Shown in pieces: positions 15,639 through 27,049 of a stretch of DNA of 64,000 nt (its first letter is position 1; every line of letters begins with the position of its first letter). The DNA is from Tubulanus polymorphus. Its lineage: Eukaryota > Animalia > Nemertea. Made by a program: the position numbers and the translations under genes. The notes beneath the pieces are model-generated. The model was given only the letters and a program-made list of their open reading frames with translations. It was not told the origin of the DNA and did no database searches. The stretch covers positions 13,813,807 to 13,877,806 of the forward strand of contig NC_134031.1 in NCBI RefSeq assembly GCF_964204645.1. Direction: 5' to 3'.

Positions 15639-16750
15639 TTTTTAGCCCACTTGGGACTTTGGTCCCAGCGGGCTATTGCGTTCACTTTTCGTCCGTCGTC
15701 CATCGGTCCATAGACGGAATCCAGTTATTTTGGGAAGTTTTGAAGACGCTTCAATGTAATGTCTTGATATTTGGGTTACACATGTATCTACCCTAGACAC
15801 ATCTTCAGCCCAAAAACTGGTCCTGTCAGAATCAAGATGGCCGACTGGCAGCCATTGTTGTTCACCAAATCAACACTTTTTACACATTTTTGAACTTTTT
15901 GAGGGAAATTTTGAAGACGCTTTGATCAGTTACCTTGATCTTTTGGATGTATGTGAATCCCCCCAGGGCCCATCAGCATAACAAAAATTGGGTCGATCGG
16001 ACTCAAGATGACCGTCCTATGACCTTTTTAGTGCCCAAAAATGTCAATTTTGGCCCGAATTCTGAGTGCTGTTGCTCCCTACTGGTAGGCCATTTCTCAT
16101 TGCAATTTGTGATGGGTATTCTTTGAAAAGGGATGTTTTATACCTGAGACAGGTATTTTTGATCAGCCAATTGTGACGCAATTGGCGGCCATCTTGGTGT
16201 CATAAGCACTCATTCGTAGGTGGGAAAAGTTTTTCCACATTATATTGTTGATATTTAAGCATATATTCTTACCACAATCAATTGGAAAGTTGTAGCTCAT
16301 GACATGGTTTATGATTGTGGTGAGTTTGAAGGTGATTGGTTTTTGTATATGGCCACCAGGGGGCGTTTAATAATACAATATCTTAGTATTTCTATATTAT
16401 ATTCGTATCAATGCATATTTTGTAACCACAATCAATTGCAAAGTTGTAGTTCATGACATCATCTATGATTGTGGCAAGTTTTAAGGCCAATAGTTATTCT
16501 ATATGGTCACCAGGGGGTGTTGAATAGTAGCATAACTTAGTATTTCCTTATTATATTGGTACCTAGGCATATTTTGTTACGATGATCAATTACAAAGTTA
16601 TAGTTCGTGACATGTTCTATGATTGTGGTGAGTTTCCAGGTCAGTGGGTTTTGAATATGGTCACCAGGGGGTGTGAATATTGAAATTGTTAGATTGTTGA
16701 GCATTCGGAACCACTTCCCAAGTGGGCATGGTGTCCCTGGACCCCTAGTT
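15639..16750 (+). mobile_element. HINE copy 2
   Basis: Same termini, subTIRs and tandem-repeat block as 10004-11275, opposite orientation. Confidence 0.8.
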
Positions 16751-18407
16751 GAAACAATACAGTGAAGTATTCACAAGCAGAAAGGCCAATTGATTTGAGC
16801 CATGTGATTAAATTTGGCCAGGCCTTCTCTGACCTGACATTAATAGTCAAACCTAGATCCAAAACGTTCATATGGTCACGGCTTGTATACCAGAAATCAT
16901 TGTAGGCCTGTACATTTTGCTGTTCGTAGGTTTGGTATACCGATTTCTCCATTCTTGACCGATAAGTGTATAGTATAGCGTACGCATTATACAATTGTTC
17001 CAATGGGAATAGGGCCTATTGATTGGGCTTATTATTTCGTCCTGCTTTAGAATACTGAAATAAGCCCAACGTTCATTCAAATATCCAACATCAGTGAAAG
17101 TTTGATTAGCCTACTGTATACATGTACTGTAGGTTTTCATGTTGTATGAATATTTTGCAGTTCAAATGAGTATGATGCTGATTCCAATGTCAAACGCATG
17201 AAGTTAGATGGACAGTCAACACCAAGATATCTCTCTTCGACCGATGTTGCACCATAGAAGATCTGATTCTTTCAACTCAAGGAAAGTGATTCAACACGAT
17301 CGACATAACACTGGAATGGGTTTGCAGTAACTAACGGTTCATTTCATTTAGTCCTATGTACTTTTTAGCCAATTTGGATTTGATTGTAATTGAAACTCTG
17401 GAACTGTTAACAAAAGACAAGTTGAAAAAACACAAGTTATGCTTGATTCTCATGTTCAAATTTAATTCAAATTCAAATTTATTATATTACATCATATTTA
17501 CAAAGCATATCATTAGTTCATACAGTAATAAAAGTTAGGACAGAACAAATATTATTACAGAATTTCCAAAAAGGCAATGAATGTCTATAACTAAATGACC
17601 ATCATTTTTCTAATAACTCAGATCAAGAGTGACTCTCCCGTTTATTAGGAAACACACGCAACTAGTGGAATAGGTTTGATTTACACACATGTTGCAGGTA
17701 TCAATTGTTTATCACTATAGAATTTGTAATCCATAAAAGCCGGAATCAGCCGGAAACCCAGACCAGATCAATTCATAATTTATTGATTGAATCTACACTA
17801 CAATATATGTATTTATTCAAATATTTCAATAAAAACATTAACTTCTTAAATCTATTCTAATTCATAATACGTTCTTATCTGTAAATTCACTCAATCTATC
17901 GACTCAGCAGGTGCTTCAAATGAGTTCTTAATAGGACAGATCCATTTTTAAGCATGGTGATAATACAGTATCATGATGTTTGAATGCCAAAATAAATGCC
18001 TGGTCAAATGAATTAATATTTGTTGATTGTACGTCCGCGTATGTTCGGTTTCAAAGGTGAATCATATTTGACGTTAACACAGTGGTAGCATATTAGGTTC
18101 GAATCTGTCAATGCATTTTTATTCTATGTATCGATACTCCAATTTACTACAATTCCCATCTTTCTGAATGGCTTTGCAGAAAACCCGTCATCGCTGCTTA
18201 GCAGCTATATTTCAGACTAATTTTTGAAGTGTCACTTTTTTCAACCGTGTTTTGGCCCTTGTCAGTCATCCCTAACGTTGGTATAAGCCCATCCGATTAT
18301 AAAAAGCTTACTACCAACGGTAAGATTCAAGAATAGGGGACTAGTGGTTAGGTTTATGGTTAGGATTAGGGTTAGGTAACTAACTTAACTACTTCGAAAA
18401 GTAAACT

Positions 18408-20615
18408 CACAGGGGCTTGTAAACTGGCTTGGATTTTACTTCCGGGTTGTTGATAATCTCGCGAGAATGGCGCTAAATTTAAACTGCAAATAAATTCAAA
18501 ATATCACAGAAATACCTCTTGTTGATGTTGTTTATTTATCCACTATAGAGTTTCGATAAACAATTAGCTGTTAAGGATCAGTATCAGCGGGCGCGACGAC
18601 TTACTATATTAAAATAACAAGGGATGAAACGGCTTCGCTTTTGCCTGTGACCGTATTGATGCGGCGGAAACCACTGCGCATGCGCGGCAACTTCCGAGCG
18701 CTAGTGAGCTGTCATTCAAACTACACATTATAGTTTTTCTACATCAATTCAAAAATTGATAATTTCCTTAGAAGTGTGATTGCCTTGGCTTGACATAGGT
18801 TTTTGAGAAGAATCAATTGAACTTGAACTGATCTTAACCTTTCGGAAAGTTGCCGCGCATGCGCAGTGGTTTCCGCCGCATCAATACGGTCACAGGCAAA
18901 AGCGAAGCCGTTTCATCCCTTGTTATTTTAATATAGGCGTCGCGCCCGCTGATACTGATCCTTAACAGCTAATTGTTTATCGAAACTCTATAGTGGATAA
19001 ATAAACAACATCAACAAGAGGTATTTCTGTGATATTTTGAATTTATTTGCAGTTTAAATTTAGCGCCATCAGTCAGGAACACTTTCCAAAAACGGCTTAT
19101 TCTGCCAATTTCGGCGTTTTCCGCCAATAACGGCAGAATCAGCCATTTATGGATTACTCAGTTTTAAACTGCTTCTGCCAATTTAGCCGAAATCGGCGTT
19201 TTCTGCCATTTTTGGCTTGTTCTTAAAAAACGCCATTTCCGCCGTTTTCAGCTGTTACAGTTTTTAAAACTACATCGCCAGAAACGGCGTTTTTAGCTTA
19301 GATAGTTTTACAGGTGCTATTTATAATGCTTAGTTCGATGGGAGTCCCTATTATGACATCATCGCTTTTCTGCTGGCATACATTTGTATATTTGCGCCGA
19401 AAAATTAATCTCATTGATCCGTTCCAGGCTTCAAGAAAGAATTAAATATAAATGTATGGGCTTCCGATGGCAAATGTATTTGAATTCTGTTCTTTCTGTA
19501 TACCTGTATTCTATGAAATAAATATATACATACATGTATCCCAAATTGTTTCGAAAATGTTTGTTGTATTTTGAAATGAGTCTAGATACAGCTGTATCGA
19601 TTTTGAGTTGTAACGTCATCGGCCACCAATTCATTCAATCACTATCCATCACAAGAATCCATCAATTAGCTTGGAGGCATCGAAGATGTTGATTACCTTC
19701 AATTAACCAACATCATATGCCGTCCAATATATCCCTCAACCATTCTATGCTTTATTAGGCAAGATAAGACCATGGGCAAAACTTAAAACTAGATTTTTGA
19801 TACACTAGTTTATACATCCATGATTGATTTGTCTTATGAGAATGATAATTATAATAATAATAATTTTATTTTTATTTTTAACATATAATATTTACACATC
19901 CGTTCACCTCAGCAAATAAATTATTTTATTCCGAAAAAAGTACCGTGTAGACACTGGGGAAACGTCTAAGTGGGTGGGGGAATCCTCATATATAACAAGT
20001 GGACTGCCAATAATGGCTTAATAGTTTATGATTATAAAACTAACTATGCCAAAAACGGCGGAATACGCCAGAAATGGCGAATGTTTTTATGTGTACCCAT
20101 GGCAACGTTTACTTGAAAACTTTATAATAGTTTTTAAAACTAGTTCCCAAATTTATTTTTAACAAAAATCATGATTAATAAACTTGTTTCATGCTGTAGT
20201 AGTTTTGAGAGTTTTCCCGGAGTTTTTGGGCTTCATATGACGTAATCATTTAGAAAAACGTAAATTTGACCACTTTACCTAGCTCAAAAATTTCCATCCT
20301 AGCGTCATATGAAAGCTTATCGTCTGCTCGAGATTATGACGTCATCGGCAACATGCGCTAATTGAACCGGAAGTGCGCAAAAAACTTTAAAGCAAAACTC
20401 GAAACTTAGTGAGCTGAAACTGGCTGATTAAGCCATAAACGACTGTGAAAGTTTCAAAACTGAGTGATCCATAAACGGCTGATTCTGCCGTAATTGGCGG
20501 AAAACGCCGAAATTGGCAGAATAAGCCGTTTTTGGAAAGTGTTCCTGACTGGCCATTCTCGCGAGATTATCAACAACCCGGAAGTAAAATCCAAGCCAGT
20601 TTACAAGCCCCTGTG
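18408..20615. mobile_element. Foldback MITE (~290-bp arms) whose right arm is split by a nested transposon
   Basis: 18408-18697 is the reverse complement of 18842-19069 plus 20557-20615. Confidence 0.8.
19070..20551. mobile_element. Non-autonomous DNA transposon, ~100-bp TIRs, 5-bp TSD GCCAT
   Basis: TIR CAGTCAGGAACACTTTCCAAAAACGGC... at both ends; GCCAT at 19065-19069 and 20552-20556. Confidence 0.85.
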
Positions 20616-20655
20616 GACGTGGTAAACTGTGAGTAAATTAAAAAACAAAACCCAC

Positions 20656-20770
20656 CCGTTTTTGAGTCGAGATCGCCGTGTAAAAAGTTGCAGATGTCGT
20701 CGATACTCTTCTGTGTTCCATTCATTTTCCAGTTTCCACCAACGAAAAATTGTCGCTCAGTTGATGCCAT
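20656..20770 (-). CDS. TPI: TPI coding exon 1 (MASTERQFFVGGNWKMNG...DSKT)
   Basis: FFVGGNWKMNG signature; phase-1 donor G/GTGGGT at 20655. Confidence 0.96.
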
Positions 20771-21289
20771 GGTTCGTAAATAATGGATCGGTTTATCGAT
20801 GGAAAATTGAAACTTCGAAGTTGACCTTGTCGCGTAGAGTTAAAATCGGGACGCTCCGATCGCTGTTAAACCAAACAAAGGGTAACTCCGAAAATATCCA
20901 AGTCACAACGTCCCTATAGAACGATAACCACGCTCAAACGTGGTGAACGTACTAAGATAAAACCCGGCCACTATCTACAAATTAAAAGAATTTAAAAACA
21001 AGAAATTTACTTATTCGAACAATCTAAAATATATAAAATACATGACGTTTGGATCTCACCCAAGAGATCATCGTCAGGTGTGAGATATAGACTAAAAACA
21101 GGGGTATATACAGAGGAGAACATGTTTGTAAATCGGTCAAGTGAGTAGGTAATCTAGTATTGTTTGGCAAGGCATGAAGTAATATACTTAGAAAGAAGGG
21201 AATTGTGCGGAGAAAAGCCATTATTTAAATTGGTGAGTGACTCAACTATGTGGCGGTTTAGTGGGTTGCAGGATCACAAAGTATAAATA

Positions 21290-21449
21290 AGCCTTCGGCT
21301 TTTTCAAAACTAAAACGATGACCAGTGTTCCAAATGTGATTGGCAACGCCACTAGCTGGTTTTTGATTTATTGTACCCTTTTTGTGTTCCGAAATTCGAG
21401 TTTTTGAATCACTACCAGTTTCTCCAAAGTAAATTTTATCATAGAACAT
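21290..21449 (-). pseudogene. Penelope-like retroelement GIY-YIG endonuclease fragment
   Basis: IYFGETG...TRISEH...SGVANHIWNTGH matches the YIGET-R-EH-SxVAxH-GH pattern of Penelope GIY-YIG domains. Confidence 0.75.
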
Positions 21450-21897
21450 CCATATTGCACAGTGCTCCCAGATGCCGATAGACTACATGTCTCCGCCAAG
21501 CTCCTGGCCACCGCCTTCGCTCAGTACCGCCGCACTACTACTCTCTCGGTGAGTCCCCTGTCCGCTGACTCGGAGGAGGACGGTGACCAGGAGGGTTAAA
21601 ATCTAATGAACCTGTGTCCGCCGAAGCTCGTGTTGGCTCGTTGTCGTGAGCTTCTCAGGCGGGAGGCAAGAGAAGGCCTGCAAGGAGGAAGGCAGATATC
21701 TACTGGGGAATTTTTCAAAAAAGTATCTGCGACTGGCCATTAATTTCTAACGACTGACAGCGAAAGTAAAGAGAGTTTCACGACGCTATCTGAAAATAGC
21801 TCACTTTCATCTTACAGTGTATATAAGTTCCCGGCCTGTTTGGTGATCTGGAAAAGTCATAGGCTCCTGAGGAAAAAGTCGTAATCTAGGCTATAAT

Positions 21898-21987
21898 AGT
21901 AATTAGAAAAGTGGGGTTTCAGGCCAGAGGGCGTGAGGGCGAGACACCACTCATCACCACAAGTAATTTTTTTTCCTAATAAATGGG
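21898..21987 (+). repeat. Left TIR of element A (includes the pPolB start codon)
   Basis: Exact reverse complement of 39263-39352. Confidence 0.95.
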
Positions 21988-24900
21988 GGAGAATGAACAC
22001 CAACCAGAAAACAATAATGTCAATAAAAATCAATATTATTGCCAATATTGTAAAAAATACATCGATACATCTCATAAAACACGACATGAAAAAACTGCAA
22101 ATCATATAAAAAATGTAATAGATTTTGAAACTCCAGAAAATTCTAATGAAAGAAAAGAACGATTAGAAAATATGAATGTGGATGAAATAAAATGTGAAGT
22201 TTGTAATGAATTTATAGTAAAAAGGAATTATAATAGACATCTCGAATCACAAAAACATTATAAAAATTTAAATAAAAATGTTTTAGGATTAGAATATTTT
22301 GATAATAAACCTCAACAAGTAAAAGAATCAACTTCAAAAACTAAATCCATTTCAAATAAACCCTACATGGAAAATGTTAGAAATTATATTGATTCACTAG
22401 AAATAAAAGATACAATTGAAATCTTAGAAACATTACATAGTAAAATTGGTCCTGCAGCTATTATATTTAGATTTTTTAAAGGCACAACAATAGAAGATTA
22501 TAGTAAATTTAATGAAATAATAGAAAAAATACTAGATTTGATAACAGATGTTGAATATCCAAAAATTAGTATCTCTGGGAAAGTAAGTTTTATAAAGTCA
22601 GAAGAAAAAATGGATTATAATATTCAAACACTCTCTGAAGAAATAATTTCAAAAACACAAATAAAAGAGAAGTTAGAAAAAATATTAAATGAATTTAAAC
22701 GTCATATTGAAGAAAGATATTTTGAGGGTTCTGGTTTAACATTGAATGAAATTATATATTTAGATTTAAATGTTTATAATACAAAAAGAAATAAAACATC
22801 AAAAAGTAATAAAATGTTTAAAAATGATTCAAACTTTATAACAGAAAAAGATATGAAAGCATCAAGTTATATCAAATTACCATTTATAACAAAAGCAGTA
22901 ATAAATATTCAAAATGAAGATAATAAATGTTTTCTATGGTCAATTATTAGTTGCTTACATCCAACAGAAGAACATGTTTATAGAATAACAGATTACCGGA
23001 AATATGAAACATTATATAAAATTGATCAATATCCAGTAACTATAAAAATGATTCCTAAAATAGAAAAAGTTAATAATTTAAAAATAAATGTATTTGAATT
23101 AATGCAATTACCAAAGACAAAAGGTGAAAATATTAAAGATTATACATTGGAAGCTTTATATTTAACAGAATATTATGATGATGAAAATGCTATAGATTTG
23201 TTATATTACAAAAAAGATGAAAATGAACATTATATGTGGTTAAAACAAATTGATTTATTCTTTAGAACAACAGAAAGTGATCATCATCGTAAAATTTATC
23301 TTTGTAGAAAATGTTTATCTAAATTTATGACTGAGAATACATTATTAAAACATAAAGAATTATGTGATAATAAAGATTTTTGTAAATTAATAATGCCAAC
23401 AGAAAAAGATTATAAATTGAAATTTACTAATCATAAATTTAAAAATATTGTTCCATTTGTAATTTATGGGGATTTTGAATCGTTGAATAAAGAATTAACT
23501 GATCAAGATAGAAAAGAAATATATAACAAAAAGCAATTATTAAAATCAATGGATAAAGGAAATGAATTAAATGAAGATATAATTCAAGACCCACCAATTA
23601 TAAATACAATTAAAAAAGTTCATCAAAGAGCTGCTGCTTATGGAATTTATATAAAATCAAATTATCCCGAATTATATGAAAGTCAATATATTTCTTTTAG
23701 AGGTGAAAATGTAGTTAATGATTTTTGTGATAAAATGATTGAATTAGAAAGTGATTTTGCAAAATTATTAAACAAAAATAAAAGAATAGTTATGACAAAA
23801 GAAGATGAAATTGATTTTAATTATGCAACTCATTGTTGTTACTGTGAAAAACGTTTTTATTCATTTGATAAAAAAGTTAGAGATCATGATCATTTAAATT
23901 CAAAATATCGTGGAGCTGCTCATGAAGATTGCAATTTACAAGCTAAGAAAGTTAATTTCGTACCAATATTATTTCATAATTTATCAGGCTATGATACCCA
24001 TCTATTTATAAAACAATTATCGGGAAAATTGGGTGCAATTAATCAAGAAATAGAAGAATATAATGCTATGAATGAAGCAAATGTAAGAAAATATGATTTT
24101 AAACTATTAGCTAAAACATCTGAAAATTATATTTCATTTCAATTTGGTTGCATTAGATTTTTAGATTCTTATAGATTTCTAGCAAGTTCATTAGATAATT
24201 TATCAAAATCATTAGTTGATAATGATTTTATTATAACTCGATATTATTATCCAAATGAACAAGATTTTAAATTATTGAGATATAAAGGCGCAATTCCTTA
24301 TTCATTTTATAAAACACATGATGATTTTAATGTAACAGAATTATTAAAAGATCAATTTTATGATCAATTAAAAGAGGAGTATGTGAAAGACGAAGTGTTT
24401 AATAGAACATTAAATATTTGGAACCATTTTAAGATGAAAAATCATGGCGAATTAGTTGATTTATATTTAAAATCAGATGTTATGATATTGGCAGATATAT
24501 TTGAAAAGTTTAGAGAAGTTAATCTAAACCATTTTAATGTTGACCCTTGTTATTGTTATTCAAGTCCTGGTTTAACCTGGCAATGTGGTTTAAAATATAC
24601 AAATGTAGAATTAGATTTATTAAAAGAACCAGATATGGTTTTATTATTTGAAAAATCAATTAGAGGTGGAATTAGTGGTGTTATGGGAGATAGGTATTTT
24701 AAAGCAAATGATGAATATAAATTATTATATATTGACGCCAATAATTTATATGGTTGGGCAATGATGCAACCTCAACCATATAAAAATTTTATATTAACAG
24801 AAGTTGAAAATGATGATAAAACTGATTGGGAAAGCGCAATTACGAGTTTAAAAGATGAAGCGCCAATTGGTTACTTCTTTGTTATAGACTTAGAATATCC

Positions 24901-27049
24901 TGAACATATTAAATTTAAATCTAGAAACTTACCTTATTGCCCTGAACATTTAACTGTAGATGATAGTTATTTAAGTGAATACCAGAAGAAAGTAAAACCG
25001 AAAGATCATGTTTTTACGGAAAAATTAATACTTACTCAAAATAATAAATACAATTATATTGTTCATTATAGAATGTTAAAATTTTATCTAAAACAAGGAA
25101 TGAAATTAAAGAAAGTACATAGATATATTGAATTTAATCAATCGAAGTAGTTAGAAAAATATATAGATTTCAATACTCAACAGAGAACCATATCAAAAAC
25201 AGATTTTGAAAAAGATTTCTTTAAATTAATGAACAATAGTTTTTATGGTAAAACATGTGAAAATATTAGAAATAGAAATGATATTGAATTAGTAAATAAT
25301 TCTGAAAGATTAAGACATTTACAATCAAGTCCTAGACATTTAGGAAATAAAAGATTTGAAGATTATTTAACAGCAGTTAAATTAAAAAGAACATCAATGA
25401 AATTTAATAAACCTATATTTATTGGTTCGACTGTTTTAGAAGTATCAAAATTATTAATGTATGATTTTTATTATAATGTTTTACAACCACTTTTTGGAGA
25501 AAAACATATAGAAATATTATATTTTGATTCTGTAACAGCTGACACCCCAATATTATTAAAATGTAATGATAAAATATTGGTAAGAAGAATTTCAGAAATA
25601 ATTCCAAAACAAAATGAATGTTATATTTCATATGGTGAAAAAGAATTAATACAAATAAATGGATTAATGGATGTTTGGACAAGAAATGGATGGAAAAAAT
25701 TAAAGAATATTATTAGACATAAAACAAATAAGAAAATCTATAGAGTTAGAACTAAATTAGGATTTGTAGATGTTACAGAAGATCATAGTTTAATTAAACA
25801 AAATGGTGATGAAATAAAACCAACTGATATAAAAATTAGAGATGAATTATTACATAAAAGATTTTACCCAAGAATGAATCATATGTCATTTGATGAAATA
25901 ATTGATAATATTTATAATATAGAACCCGAAACATTGGAAGAAAAAGAATATTTTATCAAAGGATTTTTCATGGGCGATGGTTCAGCAGGTGTGTATAATT
26001 ATGTTAGTGGAACTAAATATTGTTGGTATTTATGCAATCAAGACTTAAAATTATTAGAAAGAATTAAGAAATTCTGTGAAGAAGTTTATTCACATAAAAC
26101 ATTTAGAATCATGGACCATATGAAATCATCCGCGGTTTATAGAATACTTGTAAATAATCCTAAAGATTTTGCTACAGAATATAATAATGAATTCTATATT
26201 CATGCAATAGTGAAAAGTAATACTTCAACAAAAGAAAAGATAGTTCCAGATTACGTATTAAATGCAAAAAATAATTTAAGAAAATGGTTCTTCATTGGAT
26301 TCTATGCTGCAGATGGTTCAAAAAGTTTCAAAAACCGCAAAACAATATCTTTAGCTCAAAAAGGAAAAGTTGCTATATCAGGATTGAATATATTATGCAG
26401 TTCATTAGGATTTAATATGAATATTGGATTGATTAAATCTAAACCAAATTGCTTTAATTTAAGCCATGTAGAAAATGAGTTAACAGAAGAAGTTAAAGAT
26501 TTATTTGAAATATATAACCCAACAGATTATGTTTATGATTTATCAACTGAAGATGGTACATTTAACTGTGGATTTCCATTAATAGCAGTCAATACGGATG
26601 CCTACATACTAAAAATCAAGACAAATGACATAACAAAAGACTTAAAAACATTAAAACATCATTTTGATTTTAGCAATTATCCTAAAGATCATGAACTATT
26701 TAGCAATGATAATAAAAAGATTCCTGGTAAATTTAAAGATGAATTAGGAGGTGATGAAATGATTGAATTTGTTGGGATAAGAAGTAAAATGTATTCATAT
26801 AAAACTAAAGAACATGAAGCTAAAAAGTTAAAAGGAATAACAAAACTTGTGGTTGATAATCATATAGAATTTCAAGATTATATAAAGTGTTTATATAAAT
26901 CAATTGTAATGAAACACAAAATGAATTGTTTAAGATCAGAAAATCATGAAATGTATATAAATGAAATTGAAAAAACTAGTTTAAATCCATTTGATGATAA
27001 AAGGCATATTTTAGATGATGGTATAAAAACATTACCTTATGGCCATTAA
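21983..27049 (+). pseudogene. polB: Protein-primed family B DNA polymerase polyprotein (N-terminal C2H2-like fingers, vOTU-like protease, exonuclease with HNH/EndoVII-like insert, polymerase, intein); interrupted by TGG>TAG at 25148-25150
   Basis: Motifs YGDFES, FHNLSGYD, FLDS, YLKSDV, YIDANNLYG, KLMNNSFYGK, YFD/TD, KMY, NPFDDKR; NEDNKCFLW..HY protease-like motif; DHDH..YRGAAH..CN. ORFs 21983-25150 and 25229-27049 are in the same frame and copy B has Trp at the stop. Confidence 0.93.
25529..26593 (+). mobile_element. Intein (355 aa) with LAGLIDADG homing endonuclease in pPolB motif C, copy A
   Basis: ILYFD/SVTADTPILL ... TEDH (block B) ... FIKGFFMGDG and FFIGFYAADG (two LAGLIDADG helices) ... 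YVYDLST (block F) ... LIAVN/TDAY; removal restores YFDTD. Confidence 0.95.

Noticed and set aside
20570-20655. C-terminal part of the 66-aa ORF as coding
   Set aside because: It is read-through into TPI intron 1 past the GT donor at 20655.
25148-25150. Programmed readthrough or alternative genetic code in pPolB
   Set aside because: Copy B has TGG here, and TAA/TAG terminate other genes normally; a nonsense mutation (or base error) is simpler.
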